A stretch of 62,364 bases of DNA, counting the filler, from Basidioascus undulatus (lineage: Eukaryota), in the NCBI GenBank assembly GCA_000826855.1. It is 17 parts of 17 records of this genome, joined end to end, with 100 filler letters (N's around TTAATTAATTAA, not from the genome) between each part and the next. Parts side by side here need not be neighbours in the genome. Positions count along the whole stretch, not along the records: positions 50,202 to 52,562 come from JTLS01002802.1; positions 52,663 to 55,015 come from JTLS01002803.1; positions 55,116 to 57,468 come from JTLS01002804.1; positions 57,569 to 59,917 come from JTLS01002805.1; positions 60,018 to 62,364 come from JTLS01002806.1; 12 more parts are not named here. The stretch is one strand, 5' to 3'. A program made the translations under genes and the position numbers. Shown here one piece after another: positions 50,202-60,049 of the stretch. Positions within the stretch are counted from its first letter, which is position 1. Each line of letters starts with the position of its first letter. Under the pieces are notes generated by a model. It saw only the letters and a list, made by a program, of their open reading frames with translations. It was not told the origin of the DNA and searched no databases.

Positions 50202-52562
50202 GTGTATAAAATGGTGGGAGCTGGCACTGCTGCATCTATATCGAAGTCACTCCCCTGCACGGTTCACTCAGCTTGCATCGACAGCGAAGCGAGGAACCGA
50301 CATATCCCATTATAATCTTCAATAGGTTATGAGCCCATATCGACAATGACTTCAACCTCGACATATAACATCGAGAAGCTCGACAGTGCTAACTTCCACA
50401 CATGGAAGTATGCCATGAGGCTGGTCCTGACAGAGTGCAACCTCTGGGACATAGTCAATGGCACCGACCTGGAACCCAGCACTCCCAGCACTCCTGCGAC
50501 AGGCCAGGAGCAAATATTCCCCCGTCACTGGAACTGAGGAATGGAGAAAGCGCAATGACAAGGTGCTTGCTCAAATCAGCTTGACAATCAAGCCAATGGA
50601 GTACACCACATCTCAGACCTCACGCTCGCACGGGACACCTGGATCAAGCTACACAAGGTCTACAAGTCCAAGGCAGTCGTCAATCGCGTATTCCTACACA
50701 AGAAGCTACACACGATGAGTTAACAAGAAGGTCAATCAACTGCCGAGTACCTACTGGACATCAAGGACATTTCCGACAAGCTCAAGTCGATCAGGTCGCC
50801 AGTTCCGGATGACCAACTCGCAGTCCTCATCCTGAGCTCCCTTCCAGAGAGCTGGCACCCCATTGTACTCGCGCTCGAGGCACGGACAGACGACATATCG
50901 GTCCGACTCGTCACAGAACATCTACAAGAGGAGGTGAGGCGCTTGACGGGCGCAGACATTGGCAGGTCGAGCAACACAGCCTTCACAGCAAGCGACTCGA
51001 ACTGAGCCTTTCGTGGTTGACCCAACTGGGGTCTGACATGTTACAATTGCGGCAAGAGGGGCCACACAAAGGCCCTCTGCCGATCGAAGGGAGGTGGACG
51101 CTACCAAGGACCGACAAAGGCGAACACAGCAACGGATCATCTTTTCGCCACGAGTTCTGCGACACAACACTCGAATAGCAACTGGCTCCTCGACTCCGGA
51201 GCAACAAGCCACCTTACCCCACACAAACACTCATTCACAACATACAAATCGATACCTCCTCGCTCCATCACGTTAGGTGACAACTCGACTATCGAAGCAG
51301 TGGGAGTCGGCACAGTCAAAATCAACCTTTTTGTCCAGCGCCACTCATCTATCGGCATCTTCCAGGACGTCCTCCACGTACCAAAGCTCTCCACTGGCCT
51401 CATCTCGATCAGCAAAATCACCTTGAACGGATACCACATCGATTTCCATCAAGACGGATGCGTTATCCGCGAGCGAGGCGGCAAGGTCATCGCCAGTGCA
51501 AAGCGCAAAGACAATCTCTACACACTCCTTGGCAACACCTTCGACACTCGCCCTACTCCAAACCCACCAGATGTCACAGCACTTGCCAAACCCGCAGACC
51601 CAAAGATCGAACTCTGGCACAGACGCCTCAGACATCGCGGACAATGTAGCATGAGTGCGCTACAGCCCCTCGTACAGAACTTCGACATACAGGAGGGCGA
51701 TCTTGGCACGTGCGAAGGCTGTATCCTCGGAAAGGTGCATCACCTCAGTTTCCCAACACTCGGCAACATCCGCTCCACAGGACTACTCGACCTCATTCAC
51801 TCGGACGTCTTTGGACCAATGAAGATGCCGACACTCGCGGGATTAAGATACTTTGTCATGTTTATTGACGACAAGAGCCACAGGGTTGCAGTCTTCCTGA
51901 TGGAAGGCAAGCATGAAGTCCTCGATCGTTTCAAGACCTGGAAGGCACTCATCGAGAACGAAATAGGACGTCGCATCAAGACAATCCGAACCAACAATGG
52001 AGGAGAATATTTCTCGAAGGAGTTCAACGATTTCGTCAAGGGCCATGGCATTCGACACGAGTCAACTGTACCTCACAGCCCGGAACAGAACGGCGTCGCT
52101 GAGCACATGAATCGGACCCTCGTCCAAACTGCTCATACAATGCTTCAAGCTGAAGGGCTAGGCGACGAGTTCTGGGGCGAAGCTGTCAAGACCGCAGCAT
52201 ACCTACGGAACCGATCCCCGACACGTGGCATTCCCGACAAGACACCGGAGGAGGTCTGGACTGGCACGAGGCCATCCAGTCACTCATCTCCGCACATTTG
52301 GCTGCATGGCACTTGTTCATCGCCCAAAACATGAGTGCACGAAGTTCGATCCGAAGGCGATTAAGGGCACTTTCATTGGCTACACCGACACACAGAAGGC
52401 CTACAAGATTTTCATCCCCTCGACATGCAAGGTCATCTCAACACGAGATGTCACATTCATCGAGGAGAAGAAGGACGAGTGTCTCATCGAACTCGAGATC
52501 GACGACACCACATCAAGTTCCGAGGACATCGAACCCGAACCATTCACCGAACCAATTTCACC
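50202..52562 (+). mobile_element. Ty1/copia LTR retrotransposon, degenerate 5' part (LTR end, PBS, gag, protease, integrase)
   Basis: Gag IEKLDSANFHTWK from 50346, zinc knuckle CYNCGKRGHTKALC, protease WLLDSGATSH, LWHRRL, integrase LIHSDVFGP...FIDD...PEQNGVAE and TRDVTF. Frameshifts and stops are present. Confidence 0.96.
50325..50336 (+). promoter_or_regulatory. Primer-binding site complementary to the anticodon arm of initiator tRNA-Met (half-tRNA priming)
   Basis: GGTTATGAGCCC directly after the LTR end (TTCAATA) is the reverse complement of GGGCTCATAACC. Confidence 0.85.
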
Positions 52563-52663
52563 NNNNNNNNNNNNNNNNNNNNNNNNNNNNNNNNNNNNNN
52601 NNNNNNTTAATTAATTAANNNNNNNNNNNNNNNNNNNNNNNNNNNNNNNNNNNNNNNNNNNNC

Positions 52664-53011
52664 TGTCATGAATACCCCACCCAGTCCGATTCCTGACAAC
52701 TGTCACCCTTGTCACCTCCCCTGTCACACTCCTTTCCATTATTTTTCCTTCTTGGCAACTAGCTGCGCCTTCCACAGCCCTACTCAGCCTTGCCCCTTCG
52801 CAGCCTCTTGGCAACGCAGTCCTTCTGGTAGCTATAAGAACACCCCCTTACCCTCTACTTGCTCCCCATCTGGTCTTGCTCTCCTACTCCCGCCTTAGCC
52901 TTAGTCCTTGCCCTAGCCCTACCTCGCCGCATAATCCATCCCTGCCACCATAAAGCCCCGTCAGCTGGTAGCCCCTGCTGTGGTGTGCCCCGCCCAGTTG
53001 AATTCTTGACA
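52664..53011 (+). repeat. 5' LTR (348 bp) of the Ty3/gypsy element
   Basis: Starts TGTCATGAAT and ends ATTCTTGACA (9/10 inverted match). TATAAGAA at 52833. Confidence 0.85.
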
Positions 53012-54132
53012 TAAGACCAGATCAACCTACCGCCCCGGGCTACCTCACACCCTACCATGCCCCAGCCAACTATCGAGTCTACCGTCCCGGAACACCAGCC
53101 TGCCCCACCCTCCAACGACTTCTCAGACATCATGCAGATTATCGGCAGCCCTCCATACCCAGCCGCAGGCGCTCACTGTCCAGAACCAACACCTGCAGGA
53201 CACGGTCACACAGCTGGCTGCCCAGAACAGCGCCCTCCACACCACCGTCCCCCGTCTCCAGGCCCTGACCTCAGCCACTGCCCATACTACCCTCGAGAAC
53301 CGCTCCCCGGGCCCTCCCGTGTCCCAGGTCAAGCTCAACAACCCCCCTGAATTCGACGGTAGGGACAAGAGGACCGCCAACACCTTCCTCACACATCTCC
53401 AGCTCCACTTCCTCGCCTCCCCACACCTCTTCCCGGACGACCGCTCCAAGGTTCTCTTCGCCGCCACCTACCTCCGGGGCCCCGCCTTTGCGTGGTTCGA
53501 GCCTCACCTCTTGAGGGACGATGACCCCTCATTTGGTCCTGGGCTGCCTTCCAGGAAGCCTTCCTCAGGTCCCTCAGTGACCCCGATTGCGAACGCACCG
53601 TCACCCGCAAGCTTCAGACCCTCACCCAGACTGGTTCCGCCGCCACCTATGCCGGCGAGTTCTTCCAGCTCTCCGCTTTCCTCGAATGGAACGACCGGGC
53701 CCTCCAGGCCCAGTTCTACTCCGGCCTCAAGCCCAATGTCAAGGATGCCCTCGCGCTCTCGGACAAGACTTTTGGGACCGTTCAGGCGCTATCCGATTTC
53801 GCCATCCGTCTCGACAACAGGCTCTTCGAGCGTCGTAAGGAAGCCCAGAATGGCCCCTCTCCGATGCACCACACCCCCCGCCCTTCAATGGCCCCACGTA
53901 CCGCTGCCACTGCCCCCTCCGGCCCAATGCCCATGGACCTCGATGCCAACTGCCCGCGCTTCCAGCTCCTCTCCCCAGAGGAACGCCAACACCGCATCAA
54001 CAACAGGCTGTGCCTCTACTGCGGACACGGAGGTCACGTCGCCCGCACCTGCCCTAACCGCCTCCCTCGTCTCGGGTCCTGCACCACCGGCCCCCTACAG
54101 GCTGCATCGACTGCAGTAGCCCCCAATGAGCA

Positions 54133-54191
54133 GGGAAATGCTCTGGCTCAAGCTCCAGAGGGCACCATGGTTTGAGCCTGCCCAGGTGCCC
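54133..54191 (+). promoter_or_regulatory. -1 ribosomal frameshift signal (G GGA AAT plus H-type pseudoknot)
   Basis: Slippery heptamer in the gag frame, 5-nt spacer, stem 1 GGCTCAAG/TTTGAGCC and stem 2 GGGCACC/GGTGCCC. The -1 frame is open into the protease. Confidence 0.8.
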
Positions 54192-54950
54192 CCAACCTCC
54201 GACCCCTCTCGACCCACCCATCCCCAATTCCCCCCATACAACTCCTACACCGCTCCGACTCTCCGCCGTCCTAAATCCCGAAGCACACTTCGTCATCCCT
54301 GTCACCCTCTTCTCCAACTCCCAGCCCATACCAGCCCACGCCCTCGTAGATTCTGGGGCGAACTCGCTTTTCATCGACGACCGGTTCGCTGCCCAACACC
54401 AGCTCCACCTCGTCCCGAAACCCGTCCCTCGTCCACTCCATGTCATCGACGGCCGGCCCATCTCGTCCGGTGCAGTCACTCACTCCGTCTCTGCCAATCT
54501 CGGTATTGGCCCACACTACGAATCCACCTCCTTCGACGTCTGCCGTATCGGTCACTACCCCATCGTCCTTTTACCTTACCTGTCTGCAGACTTGTCATCT
54601 GCTCACCCCCTCCCCTTTATTTCTGTAATATTCAAATCGATAATGTTTATTATTATTGGAAGCCAGCACTCTCTTCTAAGGTGCACTCACCTTTCCCCGG
54701 CCATGGCCTCTCAGCTCTTCTCAGCTGTTGCGACATCTGTGCCATCCTGCTGCATGGCCATGGAGTTAACCAAATTGGCCCTCTGCCAGGAACGTGTTCA
54801 AGAGTGCACTCAAGGCCAGAAACCCAGTCCTTGCAATTTTCCTCTGATGCCGCAGACAAAAGTCACGCCCGTGATTGAGGGTTGGTCATTCTTCAGGAAC
54901 TGAGGACGTTTGTTCATGAGAATTTAAAAAGGTAATACAAAGTGCATAAC

Positions 54951-55015
54951 GGCCGCTTAACTCAGTTGGTAGAGTGTTTGCTTAACACGCAAAATGTCGC
55001 AGGATCGATCCCTGC
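54951..55015 (+). tRNA. tRNA-Val(AAC), intronless, 3' acceptor strand cut off by the contig end
   Basis: GGCCGCT-TA-ACTC-AGTTGGTA-GAGT-G-TTTGC-TTAACAC-GCAAA-ATGTC-GCAGG-ATCGATC-CCTGC; D, anticodon and T stems all pair. Confidence 0.92.
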
Positions 55016-55226
55016 NNNNNNNNNNNNNNNNNNNNNNNNNNNNNNNNNNNNNNNNNNNNTTAATTAATTAANNNNNNNNNNNNNNNNNNNNNNNNNNNNN
55101 NNNNNNNNNNNNNNNACCTTCAACTGTTGCCAGCATCTTCCCAATTGCAAAGTCTATTCCGAACACCCCTCCTCCCTACTTCTTCCTTCCCCAGAAGCTA
55201 ATGAATCCCGCGCGCAAACGCAACAG

Positions 55227-55984
55227 ACCATGACCCGCGGCCACATCTACCTCAACACGTCCCTTACCGAGGCCTTCGGCATCGTCCTCCTCGAGGCCGC
55301 CTCCACGGGGCTCTTCGTCGTCTCCACCCGCGTCGGAGGGATCCCCGAGGTCTTACCGCCGGACATGATCGAGTTTGCTGAGACGGACGAGGACGGTGCG
55401 TCCCCCCTCCTCCGTCTTTCCTATCCCCCACCGCCCACCCCATCTCTTCGCCTTCTCCCCCTGTCCCGGGGATCGTGAGTAGGTACTGAAACTCGGAAGT
55501 TTGCGGTAACCAGACGTAGTCTCCGCCATCTCCCGCGCCGTCTCCATCGTGCAGCGCGGCTTGCACGACCCGTGGGCCGCGCACGCGCGCGTGAAGCGCA
55601 TGTACTCGTGGGCGGACGTCGCCGAGCGGACGGAGCGCGTGTACGATCGCGTCATGGAGGAGCCGGAGCCGACGCTTTTTGAGCGGTTGGAGCGGTGCGT
55701 CTTCCCCTCTCCGCCCTCAAGTTTCTTTTTCGGGTCGGGTTCCGAGGGGAAGAGGGGAAACGCTGACGTCTGAGTGCTTTGGGCGGGGGGGGTTGGGGAA
55801 CAGGTATCACGCGACCGGCACCATAGCGGGCAAGATAATCTGCATCATCGTCATCGTCGACCTCTTCTTCGCGTGCTTGTTGGAATGGTGGCGCCCTGCG
55901 GAGGCGATCGAGAAAGCACCGAAGTGGGATTTGGAGAGGTATAGGGAGGTGGGTCTTGCTCTCAGAGGAGGAGAAGGAGAATGA
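55227..55984 (+). CDS. GPI3: GPI-GlcNAc transferase catalytic subunit PIG-A/Gpi3, 3' partial
   Basis: GHIYLNTSLTEAFGIVLLEAASTGLFVVSTRVGGIPEVLP, MYSWADVAERTERVY and a C-terminal TM segment. Confidence 0.95.
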
Positions 55985-56955
55985 GGCGGGGGCTGATGAG
56001 GTGGGACGCGTGCGGGTGGAGGATGAGATCGGGGAGGGCGGGGAGGAGCTCCTGTTCTCTCGCACACCGCGTCAGTATCCCATACCAAAAGAAACAGGGG
56101 CAAGAGGAAAGAAGAAGGCAGAGAGACGCACCTCGACAATGTCCCCCAGCAGCTCCGCCATCGTCCGCAGCGTGCCAGCCTCCTCGGGCGGCGGCAGCTC
56201 CTCGCCCTCAGGCACAGGCTCGCTCGCGACCTCCCCGCTCATCTCGCGCTGGAGGACGAAGTCGGCCTGCTCGAGCCACGTCTGGACGACGTGCGACCCG
56301 AAGCGGTGCGCGACGAGCGTCGCATAGCTGTCCAGTCGCCCCTCGCAGCTCAGCGACCCAGCGACGAGAGATAAGAGACAATAAGCAACACAAGGACGCA
56401 AACTTACCTCCCGCAGAACCGATCTCCCAACACGCGCCGCTCCCAGTCTCCCATGCGCGCAACCATGCGCTCCATAACCAGCGCGGTTTCCGGGTCCGTC
56501 CCGAGCGCGAGCTCGTGGCCGCTGATTTCGCTGAGCGCAGCAGAGAGGATGAGGGACGGGTCGTCGTCCTCATTGGACGGGTCGAGGTTGGAGAGCTGGG
56601 TGTCGATAGTGCGGAGGTAGGCTTTGAGGTCGGCCGAGGCGGCACCGAAGGGGAGGGCGGGGTCGAAGGCGGAGGTGCTGGTGGACGGGACGATCCAGGA
56701 GGGCTGTTCGGGGACAGCGGCGTCGGGCGCCTCGGGAGGAGCATGGTGGGCGGCAACGGGGGCCTCGGCGGCGGCGGCGTCGGGCTGGGACGCGTGCTTG
56801 CGCTTGCCTGGCGAAGGAGGAAGGCAGGGTCAGCGCACAGCTCCCACCGAGGAGACTACAGCGACTTACCGCGCTTGCGGGTATTCTCCTTCGGCCTGAG
56901 TCCTCACTATCAGCTTCCATTCATACCATGTTCATACCGTCAAAGACACATACAT
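55962..56955 (-). CDS. NOP9: Nucleolar pumilio-repeat protein Nop9, N-terminal part only
   Basis: Spliced M|PKENTRKR|GKRK, PFGAASADLKAY, ELALGTDPETALVMER, HRFGSHVVQT and HPHASHLI. The frame ends early inside the GPI3 3' end. Confidence 0.85.
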
Positions 56956-57237
56956 GGTATGTAAGTCGAGCGGTTCAAGATCAACCCTTGCGATACGAGG
57001 TTTGGGCTTTGGGCTTGAATTTGAGAATCGTGCGAATTCTTACGTAAGCTGTCGGGTCTTCCTTCTTCCTTCCTTCCTTCCTTCCGTCCGTCCGCCCATC
57101 CGTCGGCTCCGCCCGCCCACGTCGACATCGCCGCTCGCCTTCACGCCTTGCATCTCATCCCATCGAGGCCTCACGCTCCTTCTCTTTCTCTTTTCTTTCT
57201 GATCGCATCCGATCCTCAACCCAGAGCAGTGCACACG

Positions 57238-57468
57238 ATGGTTAACGTCCCTTCGATCACGCTCACCGAAGCATCCGTCACAGCGGGCTCCATCGCCCTC
57301 GCCCTCGCACTCTACGTCCTCACCCGGCCCCAGCCACAGGCGCAGGCGGAAGGACAGGCGCAGAGGCAGGGCAAGAGCCCAAAGAAAAACAAGAAGAAGG
57401 GCGGGAAGGGCAAGGCGTCTGCAGCGGCTGCTGTTGCTCCTCCGGCTGCAGCTGCCCCCCCCCCCCCC
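57238..57468 (+). CDS. Hypothetical signal-anchored protein, 5' partial
   Basis: MVNVPSITLTEASVTAGSIALALALYVLTRP followed by the basic stretch KSPKKNKKKGGKGK. Confidence 0.6.
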
Positions 57469-57649
57469 NNNNNNNNNNNNNNNNNNNNNNNNNNNNNNNN
57501 NNNNNNNNNNNNTTAATTAATTAANNNNNNNNNNNNNNNNNNNNNNNNNNNNNNNNNNNNNNNNNNNNACGTCCGCCACTTCTCCCCGCCAATCCCAATC
57601 CCTCCAAACCATTCCACCGCCCCAAACGCCAGGCACAGTCGCCCGCTCC

Positions 57650-58602
57650 CTCGCTCATCTTGGTCCGCGCCAGGTCCTCGATCCGCCAGCAAGGCTCGTC
57701 AGCGACTCCGCGACGGCCATTCGCGCGGAGGGGCGCAGAGAGACGCGCCAGGGGCGTCCGCTCGGCCATCGCAATCGTCTCGCCCACGACGGCGTCGAAG
57801 CCGTGCGATCTGAGAGAAAAGTTACGGTCAGTTTGAGTAAGAACACGGGACGGTGAAGAGGGGAAAGAACGCACCTTGGCAACAGGCACTTGCCACGGGC
57901 CAACCATCTGCTCGCGCGGGACGAGAGCGGTGATGCTGCGGTCGAGGAAAGACTTGGACCCGACGCAGGACAGATGCGTGACGCGGTCGACCGTGGTGGC
58001 GAAGGTGTCCGGAGCGAGGGAAAGCTGGGGAGGTTTGAGGTAAGGGTCGACTGGGCGGGTTGGCGGTCAGAGCGCCGCGGTGCATCTTGGGCGGCTTGCC
58101 GAACACCGTGGACGTGGGAAGGTCGATGGGCGTGTTGCCGAACAGGCGGTCGGTCATGACGAGGCGCTCCTCGGCGGTTGTGACGCCGACTACCGCGTAC
58201 GGCCGAGGCGGCAAGGTTCTCGGGGCCGACGGCGAGGACATAGCGCTCCTGTGATCAGGCTCATGGACTTGTCCTCAACGAGGACATCACGGACGAGGTC
58301 CAAGTCATGGATGAGCTTTGGGAGCGCGTTCGACAGGCCGCCTGCGCCGACGTCGAGCACTCTCTGGATCGGGTTGCGCTCGCCAAGGGGCACGCGTCCA
58401 ACACCTGCTGGCACCGTCGCTGCATCTCGTGGTTCTCGCGCTACACCGGCGCAAAGTCCAGCTCCGCCGACGACGCGCCCGCGGCCATCGAGGAGGCCGC
58501 CCCGCCGCTGACGCCGATGAGCATGTCGGGACCGCTGACGCCGATGAGCATGTCGGGACCGCTGACGACAATGAGGCGCGCGTCGGGCGTGAGAGCAGCG
58601 AG
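57650..58602 (-). pseudogene. ADE6: FGAM synthase (PurL/Ade6) fragment with many deletions and frameshifts
   Basis: EMQRRCQQV, DVGAGGLSNALP, QERYVLAV, FGKPPKMHR, VGSKSFL[ITIG missing]DRS, QMVGPWQVPVA and AMAERTPLA; an intron is retained near 57810-57874. Confidence 0.88.
58505..58567. repeat. 27-nt tandem duplication inside the ADE6 relic
   Basis: CCGCTGACGCCGATGAGCATGTCGGGA twice plus CCGCTGACG. Confidence 0.9.
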
Positions 58603-58999
58603 CTGAACATGTTCACAAACGGGACCGTCAGCGCAGTAAGAGGAAAGAAAGAAATGAAACCCGCACCGTGGTGCATGACGCAGACGCGACGGACGAGGCC
58701 AGCCCAGGCAAGTGGAGCGGAGCGGGGACGAGAAGGGGCGGAGAAAGACCTGCGAAGAACAAGTCAGCGCGTCGTTCGGAATCTAGAAAGCTAGTCAGAA
58801 AACGGACGCACCGACGACTGAACGTCCCACCTGCGCAAGCGGAGCAGAGGAAGGAGGCAAGGGGCAAAGAAAACGCAAGGGGAAGGGGACATCGCATGCG
58901 CTCCCGAAGCGAAGCGAGCGCGGGCGCGGCGGACGTGCTTGCGCAGACCGTGAGGTGTACACGGCACCTCGACAGTCGCGCCCTCAGCCTCCTCGAACG

Positions 59000-59810
59000 C
59001 GCCCCTGGCATCGAAGCTGAGGCTCGGAAGGAGTGGGGGTCGTCGGCGAGATGCGGCTGCTTCCGACGCTGAGCGAGCCGCCGGCAGGAGCCGCCTGGCC
59101 CTCGCCTGGCGCGGACGAGGCTGAGGAGTAGGTCGCCGATTGGTTCGAGCCGGACGTGGGTGTGGTTGTCTGCGAGGAAGTGTCGCGCGGAGGAGAGGAC
59201 AGTCGGGAGGCTGGGGAGCGTGTCGTACGAGGGAAATGAGGGCAGGAGGCGGAGATGTCGGCTGCGAAGGGGCGTGGACACATTGTCAACGACGCTGCAA
59301 CAAGGATCCAGCACCCTCCCTGCTCATTCGAAGAACCCTGCCTCGAGCGCGAGACCGAGTTGCCGTGCGGGTCGAAACGGTCTCGCCAGGCTGATGCTAC
59401 CCGAGCGTGTGCCTGCTCCCATCGCAAAATCGATCAGCACCCGTCTCAGCCATCCTCGTCCGCCTTCACTTGACGTACCTCTGCTCGCCTTGCCTGGTCA
59501 ACCAAATGCGCCATGTACGCGTCCCCGGGCGCATAGCCCGCCCAAATGCGCTTCACAAGCGTCTGCGCGTCCACCTCAACCTCCATGGTCTCCTCTCCAC
59601 ACAACCCAACCGCCCAGCGGGCGACCGACGCCCTGTGGTAGTCGACGTCGCGCCAGTACTTACGCTGGACACGCACCCTCCGTGACGGCAAGGTCGACCA
59701 GGCGCGCGTGGAGCGCGAGGAAGCGCAGGAGCTTGTCGAGGAGATGGCTGTTGAGCGCGATGAACGCGTCCGCGCTCTTGCGCGTGTTGCAGTCGCTCGA
59801 CTGGAGGGGG
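59000..59810 (-). pseudogene. Unidentified frameshifted gene fragment
   Basis: Coding-like segments DAFIALNSHLLDKLLRFLALHARLVD, KYWRDVDYHRASVARWAVG and HVRLEPIGDLLLSLV; the first two are in different frames. Intron-like boundaries present. Confidence 0.4.
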
Positions 59811-60049
59811 AGAAAGAGGAGGAGCACAGGCGCGTGTAGTAGAGCAGGCGCACTCGTGGAGGTGTGGGGGCGGGCCGAAGGGGAGGTGGGGGAATTAAGA
59901 ACGTCGCGTTCCGTACGNNNNNNNNNNNNNNNNNNNNNNNNNNNNNNNNNNNNNNNNNNNNTTAATTAATTAANNNNNNNNNNNNNNNNNNNNNNNNNNN
60001 NNNNNNNNNNNNNNNNNTCCCCGACTAACCACCCCCCCCCCACCTGCAG

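Larger units (their letters stand above)
52664..54570 (+). mobile_element. Ty3/gypsy (Tf1/sushi-like) LTR retrotransposon, gag plus protease, truncated before RT
   Basis: Gag PPEFDG...SKVLFAATYLRGPAFAW, QFYSGLK, PMDLD and CLYCGHGGHVARTC; protease ALVDSGANSLFID. Gag is frameshifted and similarity stops at YPIVL (~54570). Confidence 0.93.

Noticed and set aside
55227..55984. Apparent clustering of GPI2 and GPI3, or of the copia and gypsy elements
   Set aside because: They sit on different contigs joined arbitrarily.
2390..60017. Regularly spaced TTAATTAATTAA motif about every 2.46 kb
   Set aside because: Artificial linker between contigs of mostly decreasing length. Neither the periodicity nor gene adjacency across linkers is biological.
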